A stretch of DNA of 64,000 nt from NCBI RefSeq assembly GCF_021028975.2, contig NC_059435.1, positions 65,038,001 through 65,102,000 on the forward strand, written 5' to 3'. The notes beneath the pieces were generated by a model that was not told the DNA's origin, did not search any database, and saw only the letters and a list, made by a program, of their open reading frames with translations. Below, piece after piece: positions 38,478 through 51,734 of this stretch; positions within the stretch are counted from its first letter, which is position 1, and the number at the start of each line of letters is the position of its first letter. The position numbers and the translations under genes are program-made. This stretch comes from Sphaerodactylus townsendi (Eukaryota).

Positions 38478-39503
38478 GTCTGGATCCCACCTCTCTGTAT
38501 TGTCTAATGGTATACTGTAAACTTCTAGGGGCAAGGACTACATCATTCTAATGGCTGATGGATCATCCTTCAGTAGCACTAATGTCCTAATTCCATTCGT
38601 CTATCCTCTTATGCCTACAACACCATTTAAATTAATTGGATGCTACGTTTTTAAATATTTCATCCTTCTCCCCAGACCCATAATATTACATTTTTGTGCT
38701 ATTTTCTGTAGTCTAAACCATACAATTAAAATCCCAAAGTTTTCTTTTTCTGTAGCCTGAGAAGATGGATGGTCCTCAGCTTATCATGCAGATGTGTACC
38801 AGGTGTAGGGATGCGCTTTGTCCCTTTTTGGTCGGCTTCGACACTGTGCCAGCAGTCACAAGGGCACGCGCGATGCTCCTGTGATGCTGTGTCTGCTTGA
38901 GGACAAACTGGAATAAATATGAATCCAATATTTATTTCCTTGTTTCTTTTTATAGTACTTTAAGTCACTGTTTCAATCTCCTGCTTGGAGAGCCAATAAG
39001 ATTTATCCGCCTAGGAAGAACAGGGTCCTCTCCAAATGTCCCATAATTTATGTAGCAATTACTGTTTACTTGCTACCAAAGCAAAACCACTTATGGATAT
39101 GTCACAGCAAGGAATGGAAGCTTCTAATTCAACTTGAGACATTTCCACGGGGGACTGTGCAGGCTTTAAAAGGTTCATTTCGCTGAGAACTGCCTCTAAA
39201 GGCCTTCCCCTTGTTCTAGTTGGTGTCAGGCAAGAGACCCAAAAATGTCCCCTGCTTTGCACTTACATCCAACTCAGACTCTAAAACCACGTTTTCGTAA
39301 TCTTTTTCTACGCAGTTGCGTCTTAGGATGCATACGGTGGTTTACTGGGGGAGGGCTGACTAGTGGATGACTTCTATTGATAGAGTGGGCTTGTTCAAAA
39401 TGTCCCTCCTAACCTCCCTATAATTTCTAGTGGCCGGAGGATGCTTGGAGATCCTGGGTCACAGGGCAGCACAAAGGAAGTAGGCCAGAGTTTGTTCACT
39501 AGC

Positions 39504-39793
39504 AGAAGAAGAGTTTGGATTTATATCCCCCCTTTCTCTCCTGTAGGAGACTCAAAGGGGCTTACGAACTCCTTTCCCTTCCCCCCTCACAACAGACACC
39601 CTGTGAAGTAGGTGGGGCTGAGAGAGCTCAGAAGAACTGTGACTAGCCCAAGGTCACCCAGCTGGTGTGTGTGGGAGTGCACAGGCTAATCTGAATTCCC
39701 CAGATATACCTCCACGGCTCAAGCGGCGGACCTGGGAATCAAACCCGGTTCCTCCAGATTAGAATGCACCTGCTCTTAACCACTATGCCACTG
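39504..39793 (-). mobile_element. Full-length Squam3-like SINE
   Basis: Reverse complement of the 29009-29303 subfamily. Confidence 0.88.
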
Positions 39794-40959
39794 TGCTCCA
39801 TTCTCGGAGCTGCCCCCCCCCCCCAATACCTTTTTACGGACAGTCATGGATCCACACCTTGTTTTTACTGAGATTTATGTCAATCCGCACATTTGTGAAG
39901 TTAAATGAAGAAAAAAATAATGTCTGAAAGCCCTTTGTGGTGTTCCACGCTCAGCACCCTGGTTGTATTTATGGTTGTGAGAAGTTGGTCTCCTTGTTAA
40001 GTTTGCATTAGAGGGGAAGGCACCAAAAGAAGATGATTGATGAAGCTGAAGTCAGTGGGATTGAAGATGGCAGCGCCTTTGCTGTTCTGGGGTTTTGCCG
40101 CTCAACATTGTGACTTGGGGCAGATTATGACTGTTCTCCCAGCATTTTTTCCTCTCTAAAAACAAGATGTAATCACAGGGGCTGCAGCTTAAAGAGGGAG
40201 TCTGGCAAAGAGAGAAGGAGAGAGAATATTTAACTTCCATCTCTGCTGCCGCAAACTGCCACCACGCTGATGGAGGAACTGCAAATCTTCCATCATTTTA
40301 TCCCTATGTAGATATAATTCTTAACTGTAGTTATTTTTATTGACTATGATGAATGGAATGTCCCCGCCATATGTCGACACAGCTGAGGTTTTTTTCCTGT
40401 CCCCGGGTGCAAGATGCCTCCTGGTCTCCCTCCTGGCAGCGCTACGTGGTCTGACATGCTTATTATATCTAAAGATCTGAATCATGGTTTAAAATTGGGG
40501 CAAACCATGGTCAGAAATGCACAAAACAAGCCACGGCAAACAGCAGTTCTCCTTTTATCTTTGCTCTTTTTCTTGTAGCATCCTGTTTCTCTATATGGGT
40601 GGGGGGAGGGCTAGAAGTTAAATCAGTTTCATTGTATGGTTGGGATTTCAACCAGGGGCAACAAGTTATAGTTAGTGTTAACCACGGTTAAACGTGATGG
40701 CTGCACCAGGCTGTTATCAGACCCTTTTGGAATCTCCTGTGAATTTCAGTTCCAGCTTAGGACAGAGAGATCATTTTTCCTCCCGGAGCTGTTGAAAAGC
40801 ATGGATGGCTCTCTCAGTATTCAAATCACAAAGAAGTGTTTCATTTCAAATTGAAATGGCTAACAAAACATGTATCAATATAAGGACGTGTAGGGCACAA
40901 ATGCTTCTGGTGCTGAGGAAAATTAATAAAGCAACTCATTAACATGAGTGCAGCCTGTT

Positions 40960-41007
40960 TCTCTCTCTCTCTCTCTCTGTCTCTCTCTTTCTCTCTCTCT
41001 CCTCTTT
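40960..41007. repeat. (CT)n microsatellite
   Basis: Directly visible. Confidence 0.9.
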
Positions 41008-41161
41008 CCTAATTCATTGCCACAGATCCTGATTAACTGTAAAATATTCCCAGGTTTAGGACACACTGTCCTCCACCAAAGGCTTTAGCAGGGAAAGGTT
41101 ATTAGCATTGAATGGGGGCTGTCCTCTCTGGAGAGCGCTGCAGATAAAATGACCAGGGAAA

Positions 41162-41326
41162 NNNNNNNNNNNNNNNNNNNNNNNNNNNNNNNNNNNNNNN
41201 NNNNNNNNNNNNNNNNNNNNNNNNNNNNNNNNNNNNNNNNNNNNNNNNNNNNNNNNNNNNNNNNNNNNNNNNNNNNNNNNNNNNNNNNNNNNNNNNNNNN
41301 NNNNNNNNNNNNNNNNNNNNNNNNNN
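41162..41326. other. Assembly gap (165 N)
   Basis: Run of N. Confidence 0.99.
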
Positions 41327-41931
41327 TCTGGTGTAGGTAAAGGCAAGGAGAGGAGCATATGGGTGGCCGCGTAATTTTCGCTGTGTTTGTGTTTGCCTGT
41401 GTGAAGCACTAAACAAAGGTCTGCAATTGCAGCTCTTCATTTAGGTCAATTCCCTTTTATTTCTCCCTCTTGGAAGAAAAGAAAAAAGAAGAAAAATGTT
41501 GGTTGTTTAACTAGCACAGACCTGCAGTGCGCTGCTTAGGAATAGCATCACATTGTTGTGTGTGAACTAAAGCGAAGGGAGTGCAGAAACAATAACAGAC
41601 AAGTTAATAAAAGAATTATCAAGTTGTATTACAGCGAGGCAGGGACAGATTAAAATGAGTCTGATTAAGTTTTTGGACATTATGCTCCAGGTAAAAGATT
41701 TTTTTTTGTGGCCATCATTGCAGCTGACTTAGGAAAACCCCGTAGGGTTTTCAAGGCGAGAGACATTCAGAGGTGGTTTTCCAGTGTCTGCTCCTGCATC
41801 ACGCCATTGGTATTCCTAGGAGGTCTCTCATCCAAATACTTGCCATGGTTGAGGTGAAGGGTGTATGACTGGCTCAAGGTCACCCAAAAAGGTTCCACAG
41901 CAGACTGAAGAGTCAAACCTGCGTTTCCCTG

Positions 41932-42194
41932 AGAGCAGCAGTGGCGTAGTGGCTAAGAGCAGTGGCTAAGAGCAGGTGCACTCTGATCTGGAGGAACCGG
42001 GTTTGATTCCCAGCTCTGCCGCTTGAGTTGTGGAGGCTTATCTGGGGAATTCATATTAGCCTGTACACTCCCACACACGCCAGCTGGGTGACCTTGGGCT
42101 AGTCACAGCTCTACAGAGCTCTCTAAGCCCCACCCACCTCACAGGGTGTTTGTTGTGAGGGGGGAAGGGCAAGGAGATTGTAAGTCCCTTTGAG
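41932..42194 (+). mobile_element. Squam3-like SINE, 3' tail missing, AGTGGCTAAGAGC duplicated in the head
   Basis: Consensus match; 13-bp tandem duplication in the A-box region. Confidence 0.85.
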
Positions 42195-43441
42195 GCTTTT
42201 GTTGTTGGAATGGTCATCTCTATGAGTATTACTTTTTAAATTGTGTATTTTTAAAAAAATCATATTGACACTGAGTTCATATGTTTGATTTTATTAATAG
42301 AACTGGCGATGAATTTCGAAGAATTTGTGTTCGTTTTTTCTACTGAATATAATTTTTATTTAAAAATTAAACTACACGTCTGGAGCATTTTTATTTTGTA
42401 AGAATTAAGGGGGTTAAGAGTGGGCAGTCCACCTTTGTAGTTATGGTTTCTGGGAGGGGGGACTTTTAGCCCCTTACTGTGAGTTTGGCAGGATGTTAAA
42501 AGGAAAAGGGGGGTCATGTATTTTTATGTGGTAAAATGTAGGTCTTTACCAAATGGTAGATATTCCACATATTTGAATTGTCATACATATTAGTAATCTG
42601 TAGCTGGAGTGGTATCTTCCTAAAATATGAAGAATCATTGGCTAGAATCTTCTGTACCTAAATGTTTTTCCAACCTTGTCTCCATTGCTTCCAGGTTTTG
42701 CAGTGTCAAATGCCATCAATATTCAGTGAAATATTTGCATTTTTCTGAAGCATTTGGCAGGGAGGTGATATTTTATGCTTACCAAGAAATGGTACCTCAA
42801 CATCTCTAAAACTGTATTGTTCATGTATCAAATGATGAAGAAGGCAGGTTAAGTATGGCAAATCAGTCATTCCAAACCGTAGAATTGCATGACTGACATT
42901 ATTTTTTCCCCTTTCCGCAGAGATGATGCACACTGGTGAATACAACCGAGGTTCCATTTAAAACGGAATAAAGCAAAATTTAAATAAAGAACGTCCACAG
43001 AAAATGTAAAATATTCACTGTTGGGGGTCTGTATTATAACGGTCATTAATTTCTGTGAAGGTAAAAATTGGCAGGTAAAGACAAAATGGTGCAGCTGGCA
43101 TAGACCAAAAAGTGGAACTCATGTTATTCAGTACCATCAGTGAGCAGAAGTGAAGCGACACTAAGTACTGTAGAACCTTCAGGTCTCGTTCAGAGTTCAC
43201 GACACTCACATAGCTACTTGGAGCAGTATAAGGAGGACGGTGCCAATGCACCACCTCCATCACTGGATTCTGGCAGCACTGAAGCATTGTGGGGGCTTTG
43301 TCACCTCCTGTGCTGCTGAAGGTTGGGTTTGAGCAGAGACCCTGGAGCGGTGCTCGCATTTCATAGGTTGGGCTTGGCATCTTCCTGGTCACTGCTAGTT
43401 CAGGAGGCATGTCATGGGTGTGTTTCCTTGAGGGGGACAGC

Positions 43442-43633
43442 CAGTGGTGGGATCCAAAAAATTTAATAACAGGTTCCGATGGTGGTGGGATTCAAACAGT
43501 GGCGCCGCCGCACACACGCACCTCCAGTCCCTATTGGGCAGGGAGGTTGCTTTAGTAACCCCTTCTCGGCACTCAGAAAAAATTAGTAACCACTTCTAGA
43601 GAAGTGGTGAGAACTGGTTGGATCCCACCTCTG
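43442..43633 (+). mobile_element. hAT MITE, 192-bp form
   Basis: Same TIRs; perfect TSD GGGACAGC. Confidence 0.92.
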
Positions 43634-44328
43634 GGGACAGCCATCTTGAACCATCTTGGGGAAGGGTTGTGGCCCAGTCAGGCAGCATCTGCTTTGCAGG
43701 CAGGAGGTCCTCCATTCAGTTCCCAGCATTACCAATACAAAAAGGATCAAATTGCAGGTAATGTGAAAGACCTGCCTTCGCTCAGAGACCAGACTATGCA
43801 GTATTGACCTTGCCAGACCATTTGTTTAACTTAGCATAGGGAAAGTTACTGTGCTTAAGATGCCTTTAGCCATTACATTTCCAGGGATATGGGAGCAAAC
43901 TCTTCCTAAGGTGCATAGCGACATATTATTTGTTCTTGCCTCTAAGGCCTCCCATTTTTATGAAACCACAGGAATCTCCTTGGCCTAGCAGAATCGGGAG
44001 AATTGGACAACTTAGGGCTTAGTTGAAAGGGAGTGAGCACACTCCTGTAAACTTTTATAGAACACTGTATAAACTGAAGGGAAAGATCTTTGTCCCAAGT
44101 GATGATAAGAGAAGGAAGAGTCATCTGACTGCCAAGAAGGAATCTGTGAACAAAGGAAACTCCTTGGCAAGCTTCCAGTAACTGGAAAGAAGGCTGATGG
44201 AAGGACCAGAACACAAGGGAAGGCTGTCTGTGAAAGATCTGATTTTTATTCTTGGCATCAAAAGTTATGTGAAGGTAAAAAGAACATAAGCAGAATTCTG
44301 CTGGTTCAGATCAGTGGTCCATCTAGTC

Positions 44329-44532
44329 CAGGGGTCTGCAACCTGCGGCTCTCCAGATGTTCATGGACTACAATTTCCATCAGCCCCCCGCCCCCATGGA
44401 CGGCCGCTGTGACGCTGGAATCCACCCACAAACAGCATTACTTTCTATGGTATTTAAACGCCAGTTGGCCATGCTGGCAGGGGCTGATTGTAGTCCATGA
44501 ACATCTGGAGAGCCGCAGGTTGCAGAACCCTG
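44329..44532. mobile_element. Palindromic hAT MITE inserted in an old CR1-tail fragment (~44281-44660)
   Basis: Long TIRs CAGGGGTCTGCAACCTGCGGCTCTCCAGATGTTCATGGACTACAAT; perfect TSD ATCTAGTC. Confidence 0.9.
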
Positions 44533-46398
44533 ATCTAGTCACAGAGTGGCCATCCAGTTCCTCTGAAGACCCAACAACAGGGAACAGAGGCCAAGGCCTT
44601 TCACTGATGTTACCTCCTGGCACTGGAATTCAGAGGTTTACTGTCTCTGAACAGTAAGTCAAATACTAGTCTCTTTCTTGAAATTCTTCCAAAGGAGAAG
44701 CTGTTTTTGACTGAATTTTAGGTATTACTAAGACAGCTAAGGTGTCATTAGTTGTCAGTATTTCCAGCTTTCCTCGCATGATCCAAGTCCAGGAGACATC
44801 AAAGATTGCCTTTTCTCATATTAATTTACCTGAACCTTCAGAGACTCTGTAGGGTGTGCCTTCACCATCAAAGGGGTGGGGGGGGGGGAAGGTAATGGCT
44901 GCTAGTGCCTTCTGAGCAGAGACCCGAAAGCTACGAAGTTCTAGTCTCTAAAAGAGAACTGATCCTCTCACCCCTGACCCCGAGAGCAAGAAAACAAACT
45001 ACCATCTGCCACCGTATGTCTTTTGAAGAATCAGCAGCAACTTGATGCCTTCCCCCACTATGCAGACAATGAAATATAACTATACTGTATACACACTGAT
45101 TATCTAAATTGGTTCTTTGTGACAGGATTGTTCTGCGGCACGGACCCACCTGTTCTATCCTTCGGAGTTCCCATGTTTAAAAAATAGGTTTCCTGAAATA
45201 CTTGCTCCTAAGACATATTGTGTCCCTACATTTGGCAGCTTTCTTGAAAAAGAATGCAGTACTTGAGGCTGTAGGTAAGTAGAAGAAAAAGCTTTTCTTT
45301 TTCTGTAAAATAAATGCTACTTTAGGGCCAAACCAACATGAAAAATAAGAAATATGAAGATGAACTGCTCAGAGTAGGTTGACATCTATTATGGAACGGA
45401 AAAAGGAGGAAAGAGCTAGCCCTGGAAACTCTGACTAAGGCTGGCCAAGGTCCATTAGCTCATCTTTTACTGGTAGACATCTTGGATCTGGCACATCTTA
45501 AGCACTAATACTTATACTAGCGCTACAGGTGAGAAATGTGGATTGGCTAATCCATTTGCTAAGGCGCTGTGGTTCTGTTTATATCTCTCTCTGAAAGCTT
45601 TTCAGAAAAACCCTTTATCAACCAATATTCAGTTCAAAAATGTAGAATGCATACGATGGCTCAAATGGCAGTATATGAGAGAGAAGTTTTGGAACCGGAT
45701 CAAAAGCAATCAAATTGCATGTTGAAAATATGGAAATGAGAAGAATCTGAATCGGTGGCAAAATGGAAAGGAATTAGAAATGCAGCAAAGCTGTCTGTAA
45801 ATATTTAGAAGGAAGCAGATTTAAGGAGTTGGGTGAATAGGACAGCACTGAAGAAACCAAGCTCGTTTTCTCTTGGCAAATAAGAACTGGGGGAGAATGT
45901 TCAGCTTAACAAAAGCCTTTATCACAACAGCAATGACTTAATTTTATTAAATGAACTGAGGCTCAATTTGTATCTGATGTGAGTTCTGAGGTTGTGTGGT
46001 TGCACAAGTGATGGTCTGCATAAATGTCATTCCGTGAGAGAAGCCATTTGCATGAAAGCAATTTCCATACAGTGCAGTCAGTTTTAGCCACATAATTGCT
46101 AGAGTTTTTTTTTAATTTAGACAGATTACCACAAGAATTTTATAAGGTGTATGGCTGAAATTGTTTGAATTTCAGAAGAAGCTACTTGCCACAACCTGCT
46201 TCCCATACGGAATGAGATCCGAGCTTTCAGGTATCTACCTAGTTAGAGGTACAATAAGGGCTAAAAAGTTACTAGCCTATATGAATGATAACCAGCCATC
46301 CTGCCCGTACGCACCTGTGCCTTATGAAGATCAAAATAATCACGTTTTGTTAAGGTTGTATCATGGTTACCTGAAAGAGAGTTTTACTCACTGTAGGT

Positions 46399-46546
46399 CA
46401 GTGGTGGCGAACCTATGGCACTCCAGATGTTCATGGACTACAATTCCCATCAGCCCCTGCCATCATGGCCAATTGGCCATGCTGGCAGGGGCTGACGGGA
46501 ATTGTAGTCCATGAACATCTGGAGTGCCATAGGTTCACCACCACGG
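46399..46546. mobile_element. 148-bp near-perfect palindromic hAT MITE
   Basis: Symmetric about TGGCCAA|TTGGCCA (centre 46472/46473); TSD CTGTAGGT / TTGTAGGT. Confidence 0.92.
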
Positions 46547-47100
46547 TTGTAGGTGGTCCGGTAAGTGTCTGTGTAAAAGTGTGGTGTAACATATGCAATT
46601 CCCCTCAAGGGGGAGTTGAAGTAAGGAAGGAGCAGCAGTTTGTGTGACTGTTAAGGCTAAGCTTCTCTATGTTATGGAGTGCAAAATGTGTATAGGTATC
46701 TACAAAGCAGATCTGGGTCTGACAAAAATTGCCTCCCATGACTACATATACATGGTTTCTCTTGGGAAACCACTGGGCAATGGACAGTGTTAATTTAAAA
46801 TAGCAACCAAATTCATTCTTCTCAAGTGGAAGAGTGTTCTGCTGTTTCCAAATTTATTTGTGCTCTGGTGGACCTTCAGCCTTGGGAGAACTTATTCCAT
46901 GTGAAGCACTGCCCAAGACCTATATCTACATGCAGTTGGAGATACTGTGCACCCTGGCATTCAAACACACTATGCAGGTGGCTGATGTTAGCCAGTGTGC
47001 TGCAGTGGTTAGAATGCTGGGTGAGAGTCCAAGAAGGCCATGTTCAATTCTCCATTATGTCATGATACTCTCTGGGTAACTTGTGGGCACCACACACTTA

Positions 47101-47716
47101 AGAACATAAGAACAAGCCAGCTGGATCAGACCAGAGTCCATCTAGTCCAGCTCTCTGCTACTCGCAGTGGCCCACCAGGTGCCTTTGGGAGCTCACAAGC
47201 AGGATGTGAAAGCAATGGCCTTCTGCGGCTGTTGCTCCCAAGCACCTGGACTGTTAAGGCATTTGCAATCTCAGATCAAAGAGGATCAAGATTAGTAGCC
47301 ATAAATCGACTTCTCCTCCATAAATCTGTCCAAGCCCCTTTTAAAGCTATCCAGGTTAGTGGCCATCACCACCTCCTGTGGCAGCATATTCCAAACACCG
47401 AAATGCATGCGTTGCCGTGAAGAAGTGTTTCCTTTTTATTGACAGTCCTAATTCTTCCCCCAGTTAATTTTCAGTGTATGCCCCCTGGTTCTAGTATTGT
47501 GAGAGAGAAAAAATTCTCTCTGTCAACATTTTCTACCCCATGCATAATTTTATAGACTTCAATCATATCCCCCCTCAGACGTCTCCTCTCTAAACTAAAG
47601 AGTCCCAAACACTTCAGCCTCTCTCATAAGGAAGGTGCTCCAGTCCCTCAATCATCCTCATTGCCCTTCTCTGCACTTTTTCTATCTCTTCAGTATCCTT
47701 TTTGAGATGTGGGGAC
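47101..47716 (-). mobile_element. CR1 LINE 3' fragment inserted in an old MIR-like SINE
   Basis: AGAACATAAGAAC tail, CCATCTAGTCCAG, and antisense ORF2 C-terminal region (CTAAACTAAAGAG, GCCCTTCTCTGCAC); flanking CACTTA repeat. Confidence 0.85.
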
Positions 47717-48233
47717 CACTTAGCCTCACCTCACCAAGTTGTGAGGATAAAATAGGAAAGGGAGGAACCACGTTAGCTGTTTTGTGCTCTTTAGAGGAAC
47801 GTTGAGCAGCAGAGTCGCCATCAGAAGTGTACAGTGAATTATGTATGTTCGGTGTATTCTGATTTAATCACATTACATTTGATGGACGTGCTAAAAGAAT
47901 ATCAGCATTTTAAAAGGACAGGTAAATTAGAAAATCCAGCAGCCTCAAGAAAATCTACTTGCTTTTCATCTGATAAAAGTACCGGTAGGTCTGTGTTTTA
48001 TGCTGATCACATTAATAGCATTTGTTTTTGGTCCTCGCTAATAAAATCTAATGGTGAGTTGAGAATTAGAGAGGGGTAGGGTCTTCCAGCCATTTTTTAA
48101 AAGAATTTTTTAAAAAACCACTGAGCTATGTCTGTAAGTTCTAAGGTTATGCTAACTAAACTAACTACATTTGTTATTAATGTATACAATATGTGTATTA
48201 ATATATCTGAGATATTTAAAAGACATAACAAAT

Positions 48234-48723
48234 TGTAGTCAGTCTTTATATGGTATGAATGAGGAACCTCAGCTTGTGGGTTCTGTGGGGCAGAACCTGG
48301 AATGAGTTTGCAACAACAATTTTTAAAAACAAAATGGTTTACTTTCTTAACACATAACAACAAACATCAACATTTAACATCACATTTGAAGGTCCTGTTC
48401 AGGTTGCATTTTCAAGTCCTTATATTTACAGTCTACTGATACTGCCAAGTCCAATTCTTCTTTGCAAGTGGGTTGGCTCCTGAAGACTCCAAGGGCTTGA
48501 TGAACAGGCTTCAACATGATGAAGGTTTCCAGGAGAACTCTCACCCATTACAAACATAAAAAGAAACCCTTAACAAGGTGTTAAGGGCTTATAGAAATCA
48601 AGGTCCGAGTCTGGTAGCCTTTGTCTCCAAAACTAAGCATGAGGTCTGCTGCCCCCCCGCACAATTTGAGTCTCCACCTCCCTTGACATTGGATCAACCT
48701 ATCTCCTGAGCATGGGGGTTACA
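48234..48723 (-). mobile_element. Candidate solo LTR
   Basis: TGTA...TACA termini and a minus-strand AGTAAA in an A-rich context; no clean TSD. Confidence 0.35.
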
Positions 48724-50758
48724 AATGCAGTTGGTCAAGATGTCTGTAGGGCAGACTGTTTGACTTTCTTTCTCCCACGCTTTGGGAAGATAATTCTTAG
48801 GTTTATACTTGTATTTCTGTTCATCTTATGTTTCAGTTGGTATCTTTAAATTCTATTTTTTGATGTTTTCTTGGATACATTGTATTTTAATAGTTGTCTA
48901 ATGTTTCTTGTAAGTCATTTTGAATGCTTTTATGGGAGAACGACAGGAATAAGTTATGGCCACTGGACACTGCTCTCTCTCGTTCCTTGAGTCTTCCCAT
49001 TCATCTCAATAAGTACATTCAGTTTTCAATGGAACAGGTCAAGGGAACTGAGATTTCAGTTTGGAACAGGGGTTTATTTCACTGTCCTACGTAGGGATTT
49101 ACAAATATCCAGATATGTACACAGATCATAGGTCTACCCAGTTCTCTGGTGTATCTGCCTGGACACAAGAGTGCCCCATTGCAAAAAAAACAACAACCAA
49201 TCCACAAGTCAAACAAATCTGTGCTGAGATCAGCTCTGTCCATTAAAATCAGTTAGGAAACTGAGTTCAGTGTTATATCACCAGGCATGTCAGCAGTGAA
49301 AAGCAACTAAATGAGAGCTCATACTGACAAAACATTAAAGCAAAAAGGAACTAAAGAGAGCACAGTCATACAACGAAGTTTGCCAAATTGCCCACTTCGA
49401 TGGTGCTGGCCCCCAGCAAAAAGAGAGAGGGATGGCATTATGTGATGCAGTGACATCATTTCCTGGTACTTACCTGGAAGTGACGTTTGATTCTGATTTT
49501 GACAGCCTGTGTTGCCCCCACCCCAGCTTCCTGCCCGTGACAAGATGATAACCCTAAGTATAACCCTTCTCTACACACTGATCTTTCTTGCCAAATCCAG
49601 AAAAAACTGTTTATTGAGAAATCAGAAGTGTAAAGAACCAACTTCTGAGGTTGCACTTTTCATGATGTTTGACGCATGCTTGTTGGTATCATGGGGTCCA
49701 TTCTGCAGACACTGCAAACTGTGGTTTATGCAGCTTAAGTTGTATGCATCATATGAAAAAGGCTAGCAGCATTTCTGCTTAGCTTTTCCAATCATTGCAG
49801 GGAGTTTTTTTCCCCTCTTCTCTTCTTATTTTGTGCTGCAATCACAGAAATTCCACCTTGCCTGCTGAGCCAAGGACACCTACCAAGCAATTTAAGGTAT
49901 TAGCAAGTTGAGGGACCTTGTAATTAAGGGATAAATAGGACAAGTGCCCTATTTCACCTGGCAGAAATCGAATAGGTGAGTGAATAAAATAACAAGGCAT
50001 GCTGTGTTGACTTTTCCCTGGGTAACTGTCAAGGTTTACTGCAAGTCTTCTGAGATACGAGTCCTGGAGATCATCTAAGTACCCTGGGTCACTTGGGACC
50101 ACTTCATTCAGAATCAGCTGGTGTGTAGGTGCAGCAAGCCAAGCAACAACTGAGTATTTTCACAAGGGCAAACTAATCCTGGACAAAGGTTTTGACATTT
50201 AATCATTGAATGACTGAGAAGAAGGCAACTTTAGCGGGGCACATGAATTTTGAGACGATTCAAGTTTGTAGTGTATGAAAAGTCAATAGTACTGAGAAGT
50301 GGTTTCCGGTGATTCTCTTCACTTCCAGGAAGAGAGCAGAGTTGTGTGTCCAAAGAAATATATCCATGGACACTACCCACAACCAAGAGGAGAACACATG
50401 GGATTAGTTGAAGAGTCATTCAAAACTACATAAGATCTCCATTTTATCATATAGTATGTACATTTATCTTCAGGAGAACCCCTATCACGACCTGAAGGAC
50501 CCATAACCATAGGTAGTTTTGATTTGGATAATCTCCCGCTTGAAATGGGATAATCTGTTCAACACCCTGCTTGGCACCTGGCAGAAAAGGGCAGGCATCT
50601 TGAATAACCGGGAGGAGTAAGAATTAATGTACTTCTAAAGGCTGGTATTATTTTGCTATTTTCAAACTAGCTAATCTGTAAGGAATGTTGCTTCAGATGT
50701 TTAGCTTGCCCACATGCATGGCCCATCTGAAGTAAATGAGAAATTTCTTCTGGATCTA

Positions 50759-51038
50759 AGAAGAAACGGAGTTTGGATTTATATCCCACTTTTCTCAACT
50801 GTAGGGCTCTCAAAATGACTTACAGACTCCTTTCCCTTCCTCTCCCCACAGCAGATACCTAGTGAGGTAGGCGGGGCTGAGAGAGTTTCGAAGAACTGTG
50901 ACTAGTGCAGGGTGACCCAGCAGGAGTGGGGAAACAAATCTGGTTCACCAGATAAGACTCCACCACTCATGTGTAGGAATGGGGAAATCACACCTGGTTC
51001 TCCAGATTAGAGTCCACTGCTCATAACTTCTACGCCAT
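50759..51038 (-). mobile_element. Squam3-like SINE
   Basis: Reverse-complement match. Confidence 0.82.
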
Positions 51039-51304
51039 GCTTACATTGGTTTGTTTGAATGTATGTTTCAGTGGTCCTTATTATGAGCTATTGAAAAGCT
51101 GTCGATTCCTTTGTAGAAGTGGAACACTTAGAAGGGGCAGAGATGTTGGTCATGTCATTGTGCCTATCACAGTCTATGCTTCTGCTTTTCCTGTGTTCTG
51201 TTTTCTCCTACCTAGTGTAGAACGTGGTCAAATATCCAGGAATCTGTGATGATATAGACAGAACACATTTGCAAGGACATCCGAGTTATCCAAATCCAAT
51301 CTAG

Positions 51305-51734
51305 GGCCCTTTCCGCACGGGCGGATTATGGCGCCCTAGGGACGCCACTTGGGAAGCGAGGTTTATGGGAAATGGCGGCTTGGAGCCCCTGCCATGCGAA
51401 CGGCAGCGGCTCCAAGGTGCCCTCCCCCCCTTCCGCCCTCTACCTACCGTGGCCGTGGCCGTCCGGCGCGTCGCCAAGGCCTGGGGACATGCCCCCCTGC
51501 CCTACGATGCTGGAGCACTCGTGCAGGGCAAGGGGGGGGGTGTCCCCAGGCCTCGGCGACGTGCCGGATGGCTACAGACACAGTAGGTCGGCTGAGCTAA
51601 TGCGCACCATGCCTCGCCTTCTTCCCGGTTGTTGCTCTGGGACCGCTCATCATAATGGGCCTGGCTCAGTGGGGTCGGGCGTGGGAATACGCTCGGGAAC
51701 CCAAACCCCATCAGCCAAGTAAGCAGAAATGGCC
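51305..51734. mobile_element. PIF/Harbinger-type MITE (family of 504-952)
   Basis: TIRs GGCCCTTTCCGC / GCAGAAATGGCC; TSD TAG/TTG; internal hairpin ~51442-51588. Confidence 0.82.

Noticed and set aside
41056-41440. ORFs spanning X runs
   Set aside because: Artefacts of the N gap
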